64,000 nt of DNA. It comes from a virus (lineage: Duplodnaviria; Caudoviricetes). The DNA lies in IMG/VR virus record IMGVR_UViG_2595698621_000001, positions 39,258 through 103,257 of that record; one strand, written 5' to 3'. The notes under the pieces are model-generated. The model was given only the letters and a program-made list of their open reading frames with translations. It ran no database searches and had not been told where the DNA came from. The translations under genes and the position numbers were made by a program. This document shows positions 1 through 7,770 of the stretch, piece by piece; positions within the stretch are counted from its first letter, which is position 1, and every line of letters starts with the position of its first letter.

Positions 1-17
1 GTTGACTCGTCTTTCAT
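1..17 (-). CDS. queE: Probable 5' end of intact queE (7-carboxy-7-deazaguanine synthase), continuing beyond the window
   Basis: ATG at 17-15 overlaps the HNH stop (ATGA) and reads MKDES(T), matching the queE stub MNDEST at 670-611. Only 5-6 codons are visible. Confidence 0.5.
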
Positions 18-574
18 AGCTCAGGCACCTCGATTTTACCGTGTTCTGCTTGTGTGTGACACGTCGGGCAGAGTTGTATCATATTGTCCAGAGTATGAGC
101 GTCGTTCGGGTCGTCGAACGAAGAAACCGACTCGATATGATGGACGTCCACCGACTTGCCCAACCTATCTGCTGTGATACCGCACACTTGACACTCGTCT
201 CCGTCCCGTTCGACGACCTCCTCGCGTTTACTGTACCACTCGCTACCGTAGTAAGGAGCGTAGCCTCCTGCCCACACAGGGTTATCCTCGCCTGAGAACA
301 GGTCAGAACGCCACTCGTTCTCGCACTCATCAGAACAGAAGTGATGCTCGTACTCCTCTGCCTGACTCGGCCACATCTCCTTCGTTTCACCGCATACGTC
401 ACACTCGACCGTAGTCCTGTTATAACGAGGATTCCCCTCGCCCGAGTGAGTCTTCGACATCCACTCCGAACGACACTCGGTCGAGCAGAAAACGCGGTTT
501 CGTTCTTCGCGCTCACTCGGGTAGAGCTCCTTCGTCCCGTCGTCACACCAGAAACAGTCGTACTCTTCAGGCAC
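14..574 (-). CDS. HNH homing endonuclease with two CxxC...FCSxxC zinc-finger repeats
   Basis: CQVCG...VDVHHI...NMIQLCPTCH HNH motif. Probable GTG start at 574, with TTTAAT about 25 nt upstream. Confidence 0.85.
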   Translation of the reverse strand: MPEEYDCFWCDDGTKELYPSEREERNRVFCSTECRSEWMSKTHSGEGNPRYNRTTVECDVCGETKEMWPSQAEEYEHHFCSDECENEWRSDLFSGEDNPVWAGGYAPYYGSEWYSKREEVVERDGDECQVCGITADRLGKSVDVHHIESVSSFDDPNDAHTLDNMIQLCPTCHTQAEHGKIEVPEL

Positions 575-610
575 ACCTGCTTCTATACTGTGCAGAGCAT
601 TAAAGCCCTG

Positions 611-670
611 TTCGCCTTGCACTGAGTAGAAGTGTTCAGCGACGGGAATCTGCGTGCTTTCGTCGTTCAT
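611..670 (-). pseudogene. queE: Orphan 5' stub of queE
   Basis: MNDESTQIPVAEHFYSVQGE matches the QueE N-terminal ExFxSxQGEG motif. Similarity stops abruptly and no radical-SAM CxxxCxxC follows. Confidence 0.7.
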
Positions 671-1110
671 CGTTTGGTCATCTCCGTGTACTCTGTGTCC
701 CATAGACGGTACAAGTCAACCCGCTCACCGAGGTCGTCGATTCCCTCGTCCTCGAGAAGTGCGAGCCACGCACCGTCTTTGGCGAGACGCGCAGGTCCGT
801 TGTGGACAGTCTCGAGAACATTCTCTCGTCGGTGTTCCTCATCGGGTTGAATCACGTCCTCGAGTCGAGGGTCAGAAACGTTCCAGTAAATCGAGTCCCA
901 CTGGTCCTGTTTCAGATGTTCGGGTTTGTCCTCGAGGCGCTGCTGTTCCGACGCTGCGAGTCGTTCGAGCGCTTTCCAGTACGTCTCGGCGGTGACGACG
1001 TGCCCTCCCGCTCGTACCCGAACCTTCCCGTTCTTCAGTTTCTGAACCAGGTAGTGACTCACCGACTCATCGACGACTTCCTCTCCTTCGGGACGAGCGA
1101 CTTCACTCAT
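667..1110 (-). CDS. Hypothetical protein
   Basis: Acidic 147-aa ORF with start/stop overlaps in the que operon. Confidence 0.7.
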   Translation of the reverse strand: MSEVARPEGEEVVDESVSHYLVQKLKNGKVRVRAGGHVVTAETYWKALERLAASEQQRLEDKPEHLKQDQWDSIYWNVSDPRLEDVIQPDEEHRRENVLETVHNGPARLAKDGAWLALLEDEGIDDLGERVDLYRLWDTEYTEMTKR

Positions 1111-1258
1111 CGACTGTCTCCTCCACCTGTCCTTCGACCTTGAGAATCGAGACGCGCACTACGTCGTCTCTGTCCTCGAGTTCTTCTTTCACGTCCTCCG
1201 CGTCCTCATCAGGTTCGAGCGTGACGAGCAGGGAGTTGATGACTGTGGTATCAGGCAT
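1103..1258 (-). CDS. Small acidic hypothetical protein (51 aa)
   Basis: MPDTTVINSLLVTLEPDEDAEDVKEELE...; fills the gap and overlaps both neighbours. Confidence 0.55.
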   Translation of the reverse strand: MPDTTVINSLLVTLEPDEDAEDVKEELEDRDDVVRVSILKVEGQVEETVDE

Positions 1259-1709
1259 CTCCGAAGGGGTCTGGGTACGAAGCCGACATAGCGTACTTCG
1301 CCGTCTCTTTCATCTGAACCTTCGCACGTCGCACGTTGTCGAACTCATCGACGAGTTCTTGAGCGACGACCTTCGAGACGAGCTCAGTCGTCGGGTCTCC
1401 GTCGAAGAGGTAGTATTCACCGAGAAGCTCACCGACCGCCGACTTACCGAGCTCCTCGACGAGCGCCTGCACGAGCGGGTCATTCTCGTTGAGGAGGACC
1501 GCGTGGTCGTAGCGGTCGAAAACGTCGGAGATGTCCTTGAAGTCCTCGGCCATCTGATGCTCCTCGTTCGGGACACAGACCTGGAGTTTCGCGTTCCACT
1601 CGATATTGTGCCCGTGGATGTTGTTACAGGCACCGTCGTAGTGCATAAGTCGATGGGCGGTGCTCGTCGTATGCCCCTCGACCTCCAGCGTTCGGGTGTT
1701 GTCAGTCAC
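1251..1709 (-). CDS. queD: 6-carboxy-5,6,7,8-tetrahydropterin synthase
   Basis: AHRL...CNNIHGHN, DHAVLLN, PTTE and ET motifs of the PTPS/QueD family. Confidence 0.92.
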   Translation of the reverse strand: MTDNTRTLEVEGHTTSTAHRLMHYDGACNNIHGHNIEWNAKLQVCVPNEEHQMAEDFKDISDVFDRYDHAVLLNENDPLVQALVEELGKSAVGELLGEYYLFDGDPTTELVSKVVAQELVDEFDNVRRAKVQMKETAKYAMSASYPDPFGDA

Positions 1710-2469
1710 GGAAGCTCACCTCCTCCATAATCCGTTCCCACTCGTCGGGGCTCGCGTCCTGCACAGCCTGAACCGTTCCGAACGGGTCGGTGACGCGGGC
1801 AGCGTAGAACGCCTCTGCTCGCTCGATACAGGCAGGACACGACCCGCACGGTTCGGGTTCGTCACCGTCGATAGCCTCGTAACAGGAGTAGGTGAACTCC
1901 CACGGGACACCGAGCGCCTCTCCGCGCTCGATGACTTCGACCTTCGACTGGTGCAGGAGAGGCGTGCGCACGTCAACAGAATCGCCATCTGCGAGCGAGG
2001 CGTTGACTGCCTCCTCGACAGCGGTGGCGAATTGGGGGCGACAGTCGGGGTACGACGCTTCGTCTCCCTGCTGCATACCGTGGTACACAGCATCGCCATC
2101 ACTCACATCTGCGACGGCGGCGCCCGTCCCGATGAGGTGCAGGTTACGCATAGGAACGTACCCCGTCGAACGCCCGTCTTCCTCCTCGAGGTCGCCGTCC
2201 TCGGTGACGAACGAGTCTCGGTCAGACGCGACGCCGCGTCCGAACACCGAGAACACTTCCGAGTAGTCGATAGTGAGAACTTCGCTGACGTTCTCTCCTT
2301 CGTCTCGGAAGTGTTGTGCCAGGTTGTGAGCCTGTTCTGCCTCGAAGTCAGCGGTTTGCTGACCGTAGTTGTAGTGCACCGGCTGCACCTCGTCGTAGGT
2401 GTCGAGGGCGATTGCCAGGCACGTTGCCGAGTCGATTCCTCCGCTCAGTAGTACGATTGCTTTGGTCAT
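1702..2469 (-). CDS. queC: 7-cyano-7-deazaguanine synthase
   Basis: KAIVLLSGGIDS, YGQ, YVPMRN, YPDCR, TYSCY...CGSCPAC. Confidence 0.95.
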   Translation of the reverse strand: MTKAIVLLSGGIDSATCLAIALDTYDEVQPVHYNYGQQTADFEAEQAHNLAQHFRDEGENVSEVLTIDYSEVFSVFGRGVASDRDSFVTEDGDLEEEDGRSTGYVPMRNLHLIGTGAAVADVSDGDAVYHGMQQGDEASYPDCRPQFATAVEEAVNASLADGDSVDVRTPLLHQSKVEVIERGEALGVPWEFTYSCYEAIDGDEPEPCGSCPACIERAEAFYAARVTDPFGTVQAVQDASPDEWERIMEEVSFRD

Positions 2470-2527
2470 CTCGCGTGTTGTTGTTGAAGTTTTCTCGTTG
2501 TGAAACCGTCGTCCCAGATACTCGTTG

Positions 2528-2932
2528 TCACTGGAACCCAAGCGGTCCTGTATTGTTCTGTCCGTTGCCATCGAACATCCCTCCCATCTGGTCCTGAAGT
2601 TGCTCCATCATATCTTCCTTCTGCTCCTGCTGCTCCTTGAGCCACTCAGTCATCTGCTCACTGTAGACCTCTTTACCGACCTGGAGACCGATGCCGCTGA
2701 CGAGTTGAGCGAGACCTGCCGTCTGAGGTTTCTCCGACAGCTCGATTTCTTTGTCCCAGGCGACGTGGAGCAGAACGATTGCTTCCGCCCGAGTAAACTC
2801 CACGGTGATGGGTCGCTCCTCAGCGTCGTCATCTCCGTCGTCACTTGCGTCGTCTCCGTGAAGTTCGTCTGCTCCGGGTGTTGCCTCGGGGACGCCTTCG
2901 ACCGCGTCAGCGTCGTCGTCTGCGTCGCTCAT
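2528..2932 (-). CDS. Hypothetical acidic protein
   Basis: ATG overlaps the queF stop; acidic composition. Confidence 0.65.
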   Translation of the reverse strand: MSDADDDADAVEGVPEATPGADELHGDDASDDGDDDAEERPITVEFTRAEAIVLLHVAWDKEIELSEKPQTAGLAQLVSGIGLQVGKEVYSEQMTEWLKEQQEQKEDMMEQLQDQMGGMFDGNGQNNTGPLGFQ

Positions 2933-3390
2933 CGAGCACCTCCAACCCACGTATCGGACGAGATGCCGCCTCGTGGATTCACGTCGAACCGAACGTGCAG
3001 GAGCTCCTTCGCCTGTGCTTCTGTCCGGTCAGGGTACAGAATCTCAGCGAGGTCCTGGAATACCTTCGCCGTCACTTCCTCGTGCGAGATTCGAGCGTCC
3101 TCGAACGACATAAGGTAGTACTTGAGCGACTTGAGCTCGACGATGAAGTCGTCAGGTCTGTACTCGATTTCTATCTCACCGTAGTCACGAACGCCCTCAC
3201 TCTCGACTTCGTCGTCGTCAGCGTCCGGGTCAACACCGTAGTCGACCGGACAGTTGGTCGAGAATTCTTTGGCGACGTGGCGGTCAGTCCTATTCGTGTC
3301 CGGACGTGGATTCGGAACCGCCTGCAACACGTCGGAGTCGATTGGGTCGTAGTCCGGGTTAAACCGGAACGTGACTTCGTTGTCTGCCAT
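2929..3390 (-). CDS. queF: preQ0 reductase, type I QueF (T-fold)
   Basis: EFSTNCP...DYG, QueF motif ELKSLKYYLMSF, SHEE, PRGGI. Confidence 0.9.
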   Translation of the reverse strand: MADNEVTFRFNPDYDPIDSDVLQAVPNPRPDTNRTDRHVAKEFSTNCPVDYGVDPDADDDEVESEGVRDYGEIEIEYRPDDFIVELKSLKYYLMSFEDARISHEEVTAKVFQDLAEILYPDRTEAQAKELLHVRFDVNPRGGISSDTWVGGAR

Positions 3391-3477
3391 CGGCGTATGG
3401 TCGTTACTGTCGATAGGACGTTAATGAACCGAGCCAGAAACAACCGAGAAATTAGCCGAAGCGAGGAACGCAGACGT

Positions 3478-4575
3478 TCAGGCGAAGACGCCCCAAACGT
3501 CGTCGTCTTCGTCGTCCGCGTTCTCAGCGGCGCTCTGTCCTTCGACGGGGGAAGCGTCGGTGTTCGCGCTCGACTCGTTCTCGTCGTCGCTCTCGTCGTT
3601 CTCTGCCTCGTTACTGTCGTCGGCGTCGCCTTCGTCGGGAACGTTCATCTCGGCGTCGTCGAAGTCAGCGGACGACGGGCCCGCGGTGACCTTGACGACC
3701 TGACCCATATACGGGTAGTGACCGTTCGAGTACATCGAGGCCTTACCCTCGTCGTTCTCCTTGACGCGCTTCGTCTTACCGCCCTCGTCCTCGAAGACGA
3801 CGCCCCACGTCTCGCCGGTACTCATATCGTACCCAGACGAGCGCGAGGTGTGGACGCGCTTGAAGTACGTGACCTCACCCGAGTAGGTGTTCAGGCCGTT
3901 GCCGTTCTTCTTCGCGTAGGTGACCTCGATACGGTCGCCATCCTGAACGAAGTCGAGCAGGTCCTCGAGCATCGGGTCGGCCTCACTCGACTCGTCGCCG
4001 CGTGCGTCAACCCAATCGTAACCTTCGCTCTCAGCGAGCTCGCGCAGGTCGTCCAGGTACTCGGCATCGAGCGACCAGGCGTCCTCTGCCTCAGGAGGAG
4101 CAGCGCGGTTGTCGTCGTCGAAGGTGTAGTGCGAACCTTCGCGGTCGTCGTCGTCGGCGCACTCGTCGTCGCCCCACGGGAGCGACTTGATGACTTCGTT
4201 CGCGGGCGTCATATCGTCGGGCGTCTCCCACGGCGGAGGCGACTCGACGGTAACGCGCTTGTCGTCGTAGGTGTTCTCCCACTCGGCGACGACACGGAAC
4301 GCGAGCTCGTCCTCGTCGTCGGAAACGTTCCAGACGAACGTGCGGGCACTCGTGCGAGGCTTCGCGCCGTCAACCTCGTCCTCGTCGGGCTCAGCGACGA
4401 CCGTCTTCAGCAACTCGTGCGACGGGTGCAGGACGGACGTGAGAACCTCCTCCAGGTCGCTCAGGTCGTCGTCGCTCTGCGGAACCAGAACGTCGATTTG
4501 CTCCTCGACCTCGTGGTTCATCAGCGTGCGGTTGCGTGCCGTTTCAAGCGCGGCGTCGAACTTGGAATCGCTCAT
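3478..4575 (-). CDS. Hypothetical acidic protein
   Basis: 365 aa with strong codon bias; GAGGAG SD and conserved promoter upstream. Confidence 0.8.
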   Translation of the reverse strand: MSDSKFDAALETARNRTLMNHEVEEQIDVLVPQSDDDLSDLEEVLTSVLHPSHELLKTVVAEPDEDEVDGAKPRTSARTFVWNVSDDEDELAFRVVAEWENTYDDKRVTVESPPPWETPDDMTPANEVIKSLPWGDDECADDDDREGSHYTFDDDNRAAPPEAEDAWSLDAEYLDDLRELAESEGYDWVDARGDESSEADPMLEDLLDFVQDGDRIEVTYAKKNGNGLNTYSGEVTYFKRVHTSRSSGYDMSTGETWGVVFEDEGGKTKRVKENDEGKASMYSNGHYPYMGQVVKVTAGPSSADFDDAEMNVPDEGDADDSNEAENDESDDENESSANTDASPVEGQSAAENADDEDDDVWGVFA

Positions 4576-4594
4576 TTCTGTTCTCCTCACTTCG

Positions 4595-4635
4595 TAGTAC
4601 AACGGGTCATACCATAAATGTATGGACTTATCACT
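4595..4635 (-). promoter_or_regulatory. Conserved viral promoter (CCATAC-WTTTAT...GTTGTAC)
   Basis: Minus strand reads AAGTCCATACATTTATGGTATGACCCGTTGTAC; same motif at 4863-4900, 21295-21330, 55987-56015, with a partial copy at 56175-56200. Confidence 0.65.
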
Positions 4636-4689
4636 TACTGAAGCTACGTGCTATAGCGTCTCTAGCTACGTGTACGCACGGTCGATGCT

Positions 4690-4860
4690 GAGAAACGAGA
4701 GACGCGGGTCTAAGCGGTATATCTGAGTATGGGAAAAGCCACTACCCTGTCTAACGAAAGAGACGACGTTCTGAGCAGTTTTAGTCCGGCCAGGATGTCT
4801 GCCCCGGAGTCGAAAATCAAAAGGATGGATATAAACGTAGTGGCGCCCCGGAGCGACCAA
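4690..4860 (-). ncRNA. Candidate non-coding element, copy 1
   Basis: No convincing ORF; promoter upstream; shares GTTTATATCCATCCTTTTGA...CTCCGGGGCA and ACCGCTTAGAC with 56047-56125. Confidence 0.35.
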
Positions 4861-4862
4861 CA

Positions 4863-4900
4863 CGTACAACACCCGGCATAATAAAAGTATGGACTTATAC
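4863..4900 (-). promoter_or_regulatory. Conserved viral promoter
   Basis: Minus strand reads AAGTCCATACTTTTATTATGCCGGGTGTTGTACG. Confidence 0.6.
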
Positions 4901-4921
4901 GCTACTGTTACGTGTAGCGCA

Positions 4922-4960
4922 GAATAAAGAAAAAGCCCGCGGGTTCGCTACCCGTCGGGC
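4922..4960 (-). terminator. Hairpin plus T-tract terminator
   Basis: GCCCGACGGGTAGCGAACCCGCGGGC followed by TTTTTCTTTATT, directly after the stop at 4961. Confidence 0.7.
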
Positions 4961-5206
4961 TTAGAGTTCGCGCCTTTCGCCGTTCATCTCATCCCAGAAG
5001 TGCTCGTAGTCGTTCGGGCCGTCAGGCCTCATCCTCATCGCCCCGATAACGTTGCCGCAGTCGGGACAGTCGTAACCGAGGTCTCTCCGACCAGCGGGCA
5101 TACTCGGAAGTCCCTTGATGGTGACGCCGTCCATATCGTAGGCCGACCCGACCCACCCACAGTCGCCACACTCGTACTCGTGCGACTCGTGGCGGGTCTC
5201 ACTCAT
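4961..5206 (-). CDS. Small zinc-ribbon protein with C-terminal HFWDE motif
   Basis: CGDCG...CPDCG; ends DYEHFWDEMNGERREL. Confidence 0.75.
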   Translation of the reverse strand: MSETRHESHEYECGDCGWVGSAYDMDGVTIKGLPSMPAGRRDLGYDCPDCGNVIGAMRMRPDGPNDYEHFWDEMNGERREL

Positions 5207-5678
5207 CAGCGACCTCCGGGTTGACTTCGACCACGCAGTCGATACGCTCGTAACTCCTCATCTCGCCGAGCAGGCCACCATTACGGTCGACTTGACCGTA
5301 GGTGAGCTGGAAGTGCTCGTCGGTCCAGATGCTGTCCTTTGCAGGACGAGGCATCTCGAACCCAGGCAGGCGCTTCACCTTGCCCGTGACGAGGTAAGCG
5401 TTCTCGTTCGTCGGCGGCCCGTTCCAGACGAGGATGGTGTCGCCGACCGAGACGCGGTCGAGTGCTTCGTCGGGACTCAGACAACCAGTCGCCTCGTACA
5501 CCTCACTCGGGTACTCACCCGCCGCGGGGAAGTACTTCTCGTACTGAGGCACCATCAGGTTGTCTTCGTCAACCTCTTCGACTTCTGGGTCTCGGGTCCA
5601 CTTCGAGCGATAATCGTCGAACGCGGATTTATCGTAAGTCGAGACCACTTCGCCGTTGACTTCGTATGAGTCACTCAT
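5199..5678 (-). CDS. Hypothetical protein
   Basis: 159 aa, acidic; GGTGA SD upstream. Confidence 0.75.
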   Translation of the reverse strand: MSDSYEVNGEVVSTYDKSAFDDYRSKWTRDPEVEEVDEDNLMVPQYEKYFPAAGEYPSEVYEATGCLSPDEALDRVSVGDTILVWNGPPTNENAYLVTGKVKRLPGFEMPRPAKDSIWTDEHFQLTYGQVDRNGGLLGEMRSYERIDCVVEVNPEVADE

Positions 5679-5849
5679 TTCTATTTCACCTTGTTGACGC
5701 GGGCTGACACCAGAGCGGATATTGACGCCGGAGCGCAGGGGTCCACTCTTGGCCGGGGCGCCTCCCCGACGTTATACAATACGCCCGGGTGGGCCATAAT
5801 GGTGAGTAGCCGAGTGAAAGTAGAGAGAAGGCGTCTCTCGCGGATATCT

Positions 5850-7112
5850 TCAGAAATCGAGGACTGACTGCGATTTGGCACCGAACTCTTCGACACTAGA
5901 GTCCTTGCCGCCCGACCACTCTTCGTACTCCTTTTCGTCGAGATTGAGGATATCTAACTCAGCACCCTCAAGACGATGTTCCAACGCTATCTCTCGACGT
6001 TCTTCCTCATCGAGGTCCTGAAGGATGGGCAGGAGAACCTTCCTGAAGTAGACGAACGAACCCGAGAACTCATATCGAGTCCCGTCTGTGTTCTTCAGCT
6101 TCCTGTAGACGCGAGAGACGGGTTTGTCTGACGATGCTTTAGCGACCGAGTGCCTGAACCACTCCGGGAAGAGGTCGGGGATGTAACCACTGTGCGCGTC
6201 AGTGAGACGGACCTCGGGCACCATACGAGCGAGCGAACCCGCGTACTTCCAATACCTGTAGTTGCGCGTGTCTCTCGTGCGACCCAACCACTTGTCGGCG
6301 CGTGAGAGACAGTCGTAGGCGACACCCGCCTCGAGACCTCGATACTCCTTCGCCACTGCCTGGTCGAGCCACATAACGAGGTCCTCTGGGTCGAGGTTCA
6401 TCCCCGCGTACTTGTTCCCAGAGAGCATCTCAGGAATAGCGTCGAAAGCGTCCTCGTCCCACTGCCTTCCATCGTCGCCAAGCGGGACGTCTTGCTCGAC
6501 GAGAATCTGGAGGTCGTTGATAGCGGAACGGAGGTCAGGACGTGCCGCGAGTTTTTGAAGGTCTCGGTCATCGACTTCGACACCTTCCGACTCAATAATG
6601 TCCTTCAGTTTCGCCTTCCTCGAACGCTTCCCGAGTTTGAAGTCGTGCTGATTGACTCGGTTCGTCACGCCATCTGGCGTTTGGTAGGCGTCGTTCGCCG
6701 TGAGGATTATCGGGTTCGGCGGGTCGTCGAGAACGTCATACATCGGTTCCTTGCTCGGCGCACCTCTGCCCGTTGGCCATCCGTCAACCTCGTCGATGAG
6801 GACGAGTTGATGGTCGGCGTCTGCGGGAGTTGACTGCGCGTCTGCGGCGATATTCACCACGTCCTCCGTCTTCCTCGCTGTCGAGGCGTTTATCTCGGTC
6901 ATCGGCATCTCGAGCGTGTCAGAGATGACCTGAGCGGTCGTCGTCTTACCGACACCCGGAGGGCCGACGAGCAACTGTGCTTCGTCGCCGGGTTCCCAAT
7001 TCTCTGCCCACGACTTCAGTTGTCGCAGAGATTTGTTGTTGCCCTGGATGCTGTCGAAACTCGTCGGTCGATACTTCTCTACCCAAGATTCGTTGTTGTC
7101 GTTGTCTGTCAT
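5850..7112 (-). CDS. rfcL: Replication factor C large subunit
   Basis: WVEKYRP, GPPGVGKT, EINAS, DEVD, DLRSAINDLQ, YRYWKYA. Confidence 0.92.
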   Translation of the reverse strand: MTDNDNNESWVEKYRPTSFDSIQGNNKSLRQLKSWAENWEPGDEAQLLVGPPGVGKTTTAQVISDTLEMPMTEINASTARKTEDVVNIAADAQSTPADADHQLVLIDEVDGWPTGRGAPSKEPMYDVLDDPPNPIILTANDAYQTPDGVTNRVNQHDFKLGKRSRKAKLKDIIESEGVEVDDRDLQKLAARPDLRSAINDLQILVEQDVPLGDDGRQWDEDAFDAIPEMLSGNKYAGMNLDPEDLVMWLDQAVAKEYRGLEAGVAYDCLSRADKWLGRTRDTRNYRYWKYAGSLARMVPEVRLTDAHSGYIPDLFPEWFRHSVAKASSDKPVSRVYRKLKNTDGTRYEFSGSFVYFRKVLLPILQDLDEEERREIALEHRLEGAELDILNLDEKEYEEWSGGKDSSVEEFGAKSQSVLDF

Positions 7113-7270
7113 AGGAACACCTCGATTAGTTTGAACCCCACGTAGATGCCGACGATACCCATAACGCCAGCGAGGTTCGGCGGTGCAGGCACGGGTAGGT
7201 CCACGTATGCGAAAAGCGCACCGACGAACATACCCGTGACGAGCGAGAGAAGGACGATTTTGTAGCTCAT
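7109..7270 (-). CDS. XapX/DUF1427-like small membrane protein
   Basis: GALFAYVDLPVPAPPNLAGVMGIVGIYVG signature; two hydrophobic segments. Confidence 0.8.
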   Translation of the reverse strand: MSYKIVLLSLVTGMFVGALFAYVDLPVPAPPNLAGVMGIVGIYVGFKLIEVFL

Positions 7271-7272
7271 CG

Positions 7273-7770
7273 TTAGAAGTCGAGCGGGTCCTCCACCTGG
7301 AATTGAGGTTCGAGCTCGCGCTCGTACACGACCATCCGATTCCCGCGACTCGTGTAGTAATAATCGACAGCGCTGAACCCGTTGTCCATCCAAAACTCCT
7401 CGAGGTCGGCGGTCGATAGTACATCTGCGACCATCACTTCCTTTCCTCGCTCTTCTGCGTAGTCGACTGCCTCCTCGAGCATCTCCGACCCGTACCCGTT
7501 ATGTCGTTCCTTTGCAGACACAGCGATGTTACGGAGACACGCTTCTTCGGGCGCCAGGATGTCTGACTCGACCCACACCATACACGCGCCAGAAACTCGG
7601 TCTCCGCGCAGGAAATACAAGAGACGCCTGTCCTTGCGACGAACGCACCGGTCAACGTTTTCACGCCGAACGAACCAGTACAGGTCCTGCGGAATCGTCA
7701 CGTCGTCGAAGAAGTCGTCTATCTCGTCGAGACGCTCATCTTCAGGTTCTGCGACCTTGATTTCTACCAC
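7273..7770 (-). CDS. GNAT-family acetyltransferase
   Basis: NIAVSAKERHNGYGSEML (motif A); FWMDNGF (motif B). Confidence 0.85.
   Translation of the reverse strand: MVEIKVAEPEDERLDEIDDFFDDVTIPQDLYWFVRRENVDRCVRRKDRRLLYFLRGDRVSGACMVWVESDILAPEEACLRNIAVSAKERHNGYGSEMLEEAVDYAEERGKEVMVADVLSTADLEEFWMDNGFSAVDYYYTSRGNRMVVYERELEPQFQVEDPLDF

Noticed and set aside
14-703. 229-aa ORF as a genuine QueE or an intein-containing QueE
   Set aside because: No radical-SAM motif and no intein termini, and it ends in a stop codon. Better explained as a queE stub plus an HNH gene.
2845-4617. Long antisense ORFs (also 8529-9599, 17402-18757, 18706-19863, 36303-37712, 37907-39370, 55927-57531)
   Set aside because: Val/Leu/Arg-rich shadows of GAC/GAG-rich acidic genes on the opposite strand
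5680-5830. tRNA or preQ1 riboswitch
   Set aside because: No T-loop GTTCRA or cloverleaf, and no recognisable preQ1 aptamer consensus or A-rich tail
7113-7424. N-terminal extensions given by the ORF track (RFC-L, QueC, PCNA-like, HhH, dcd)
   Set aside because: They overlap real upstream genes or promoter regions; downstream ATGs fit family starts and stop/start coupling
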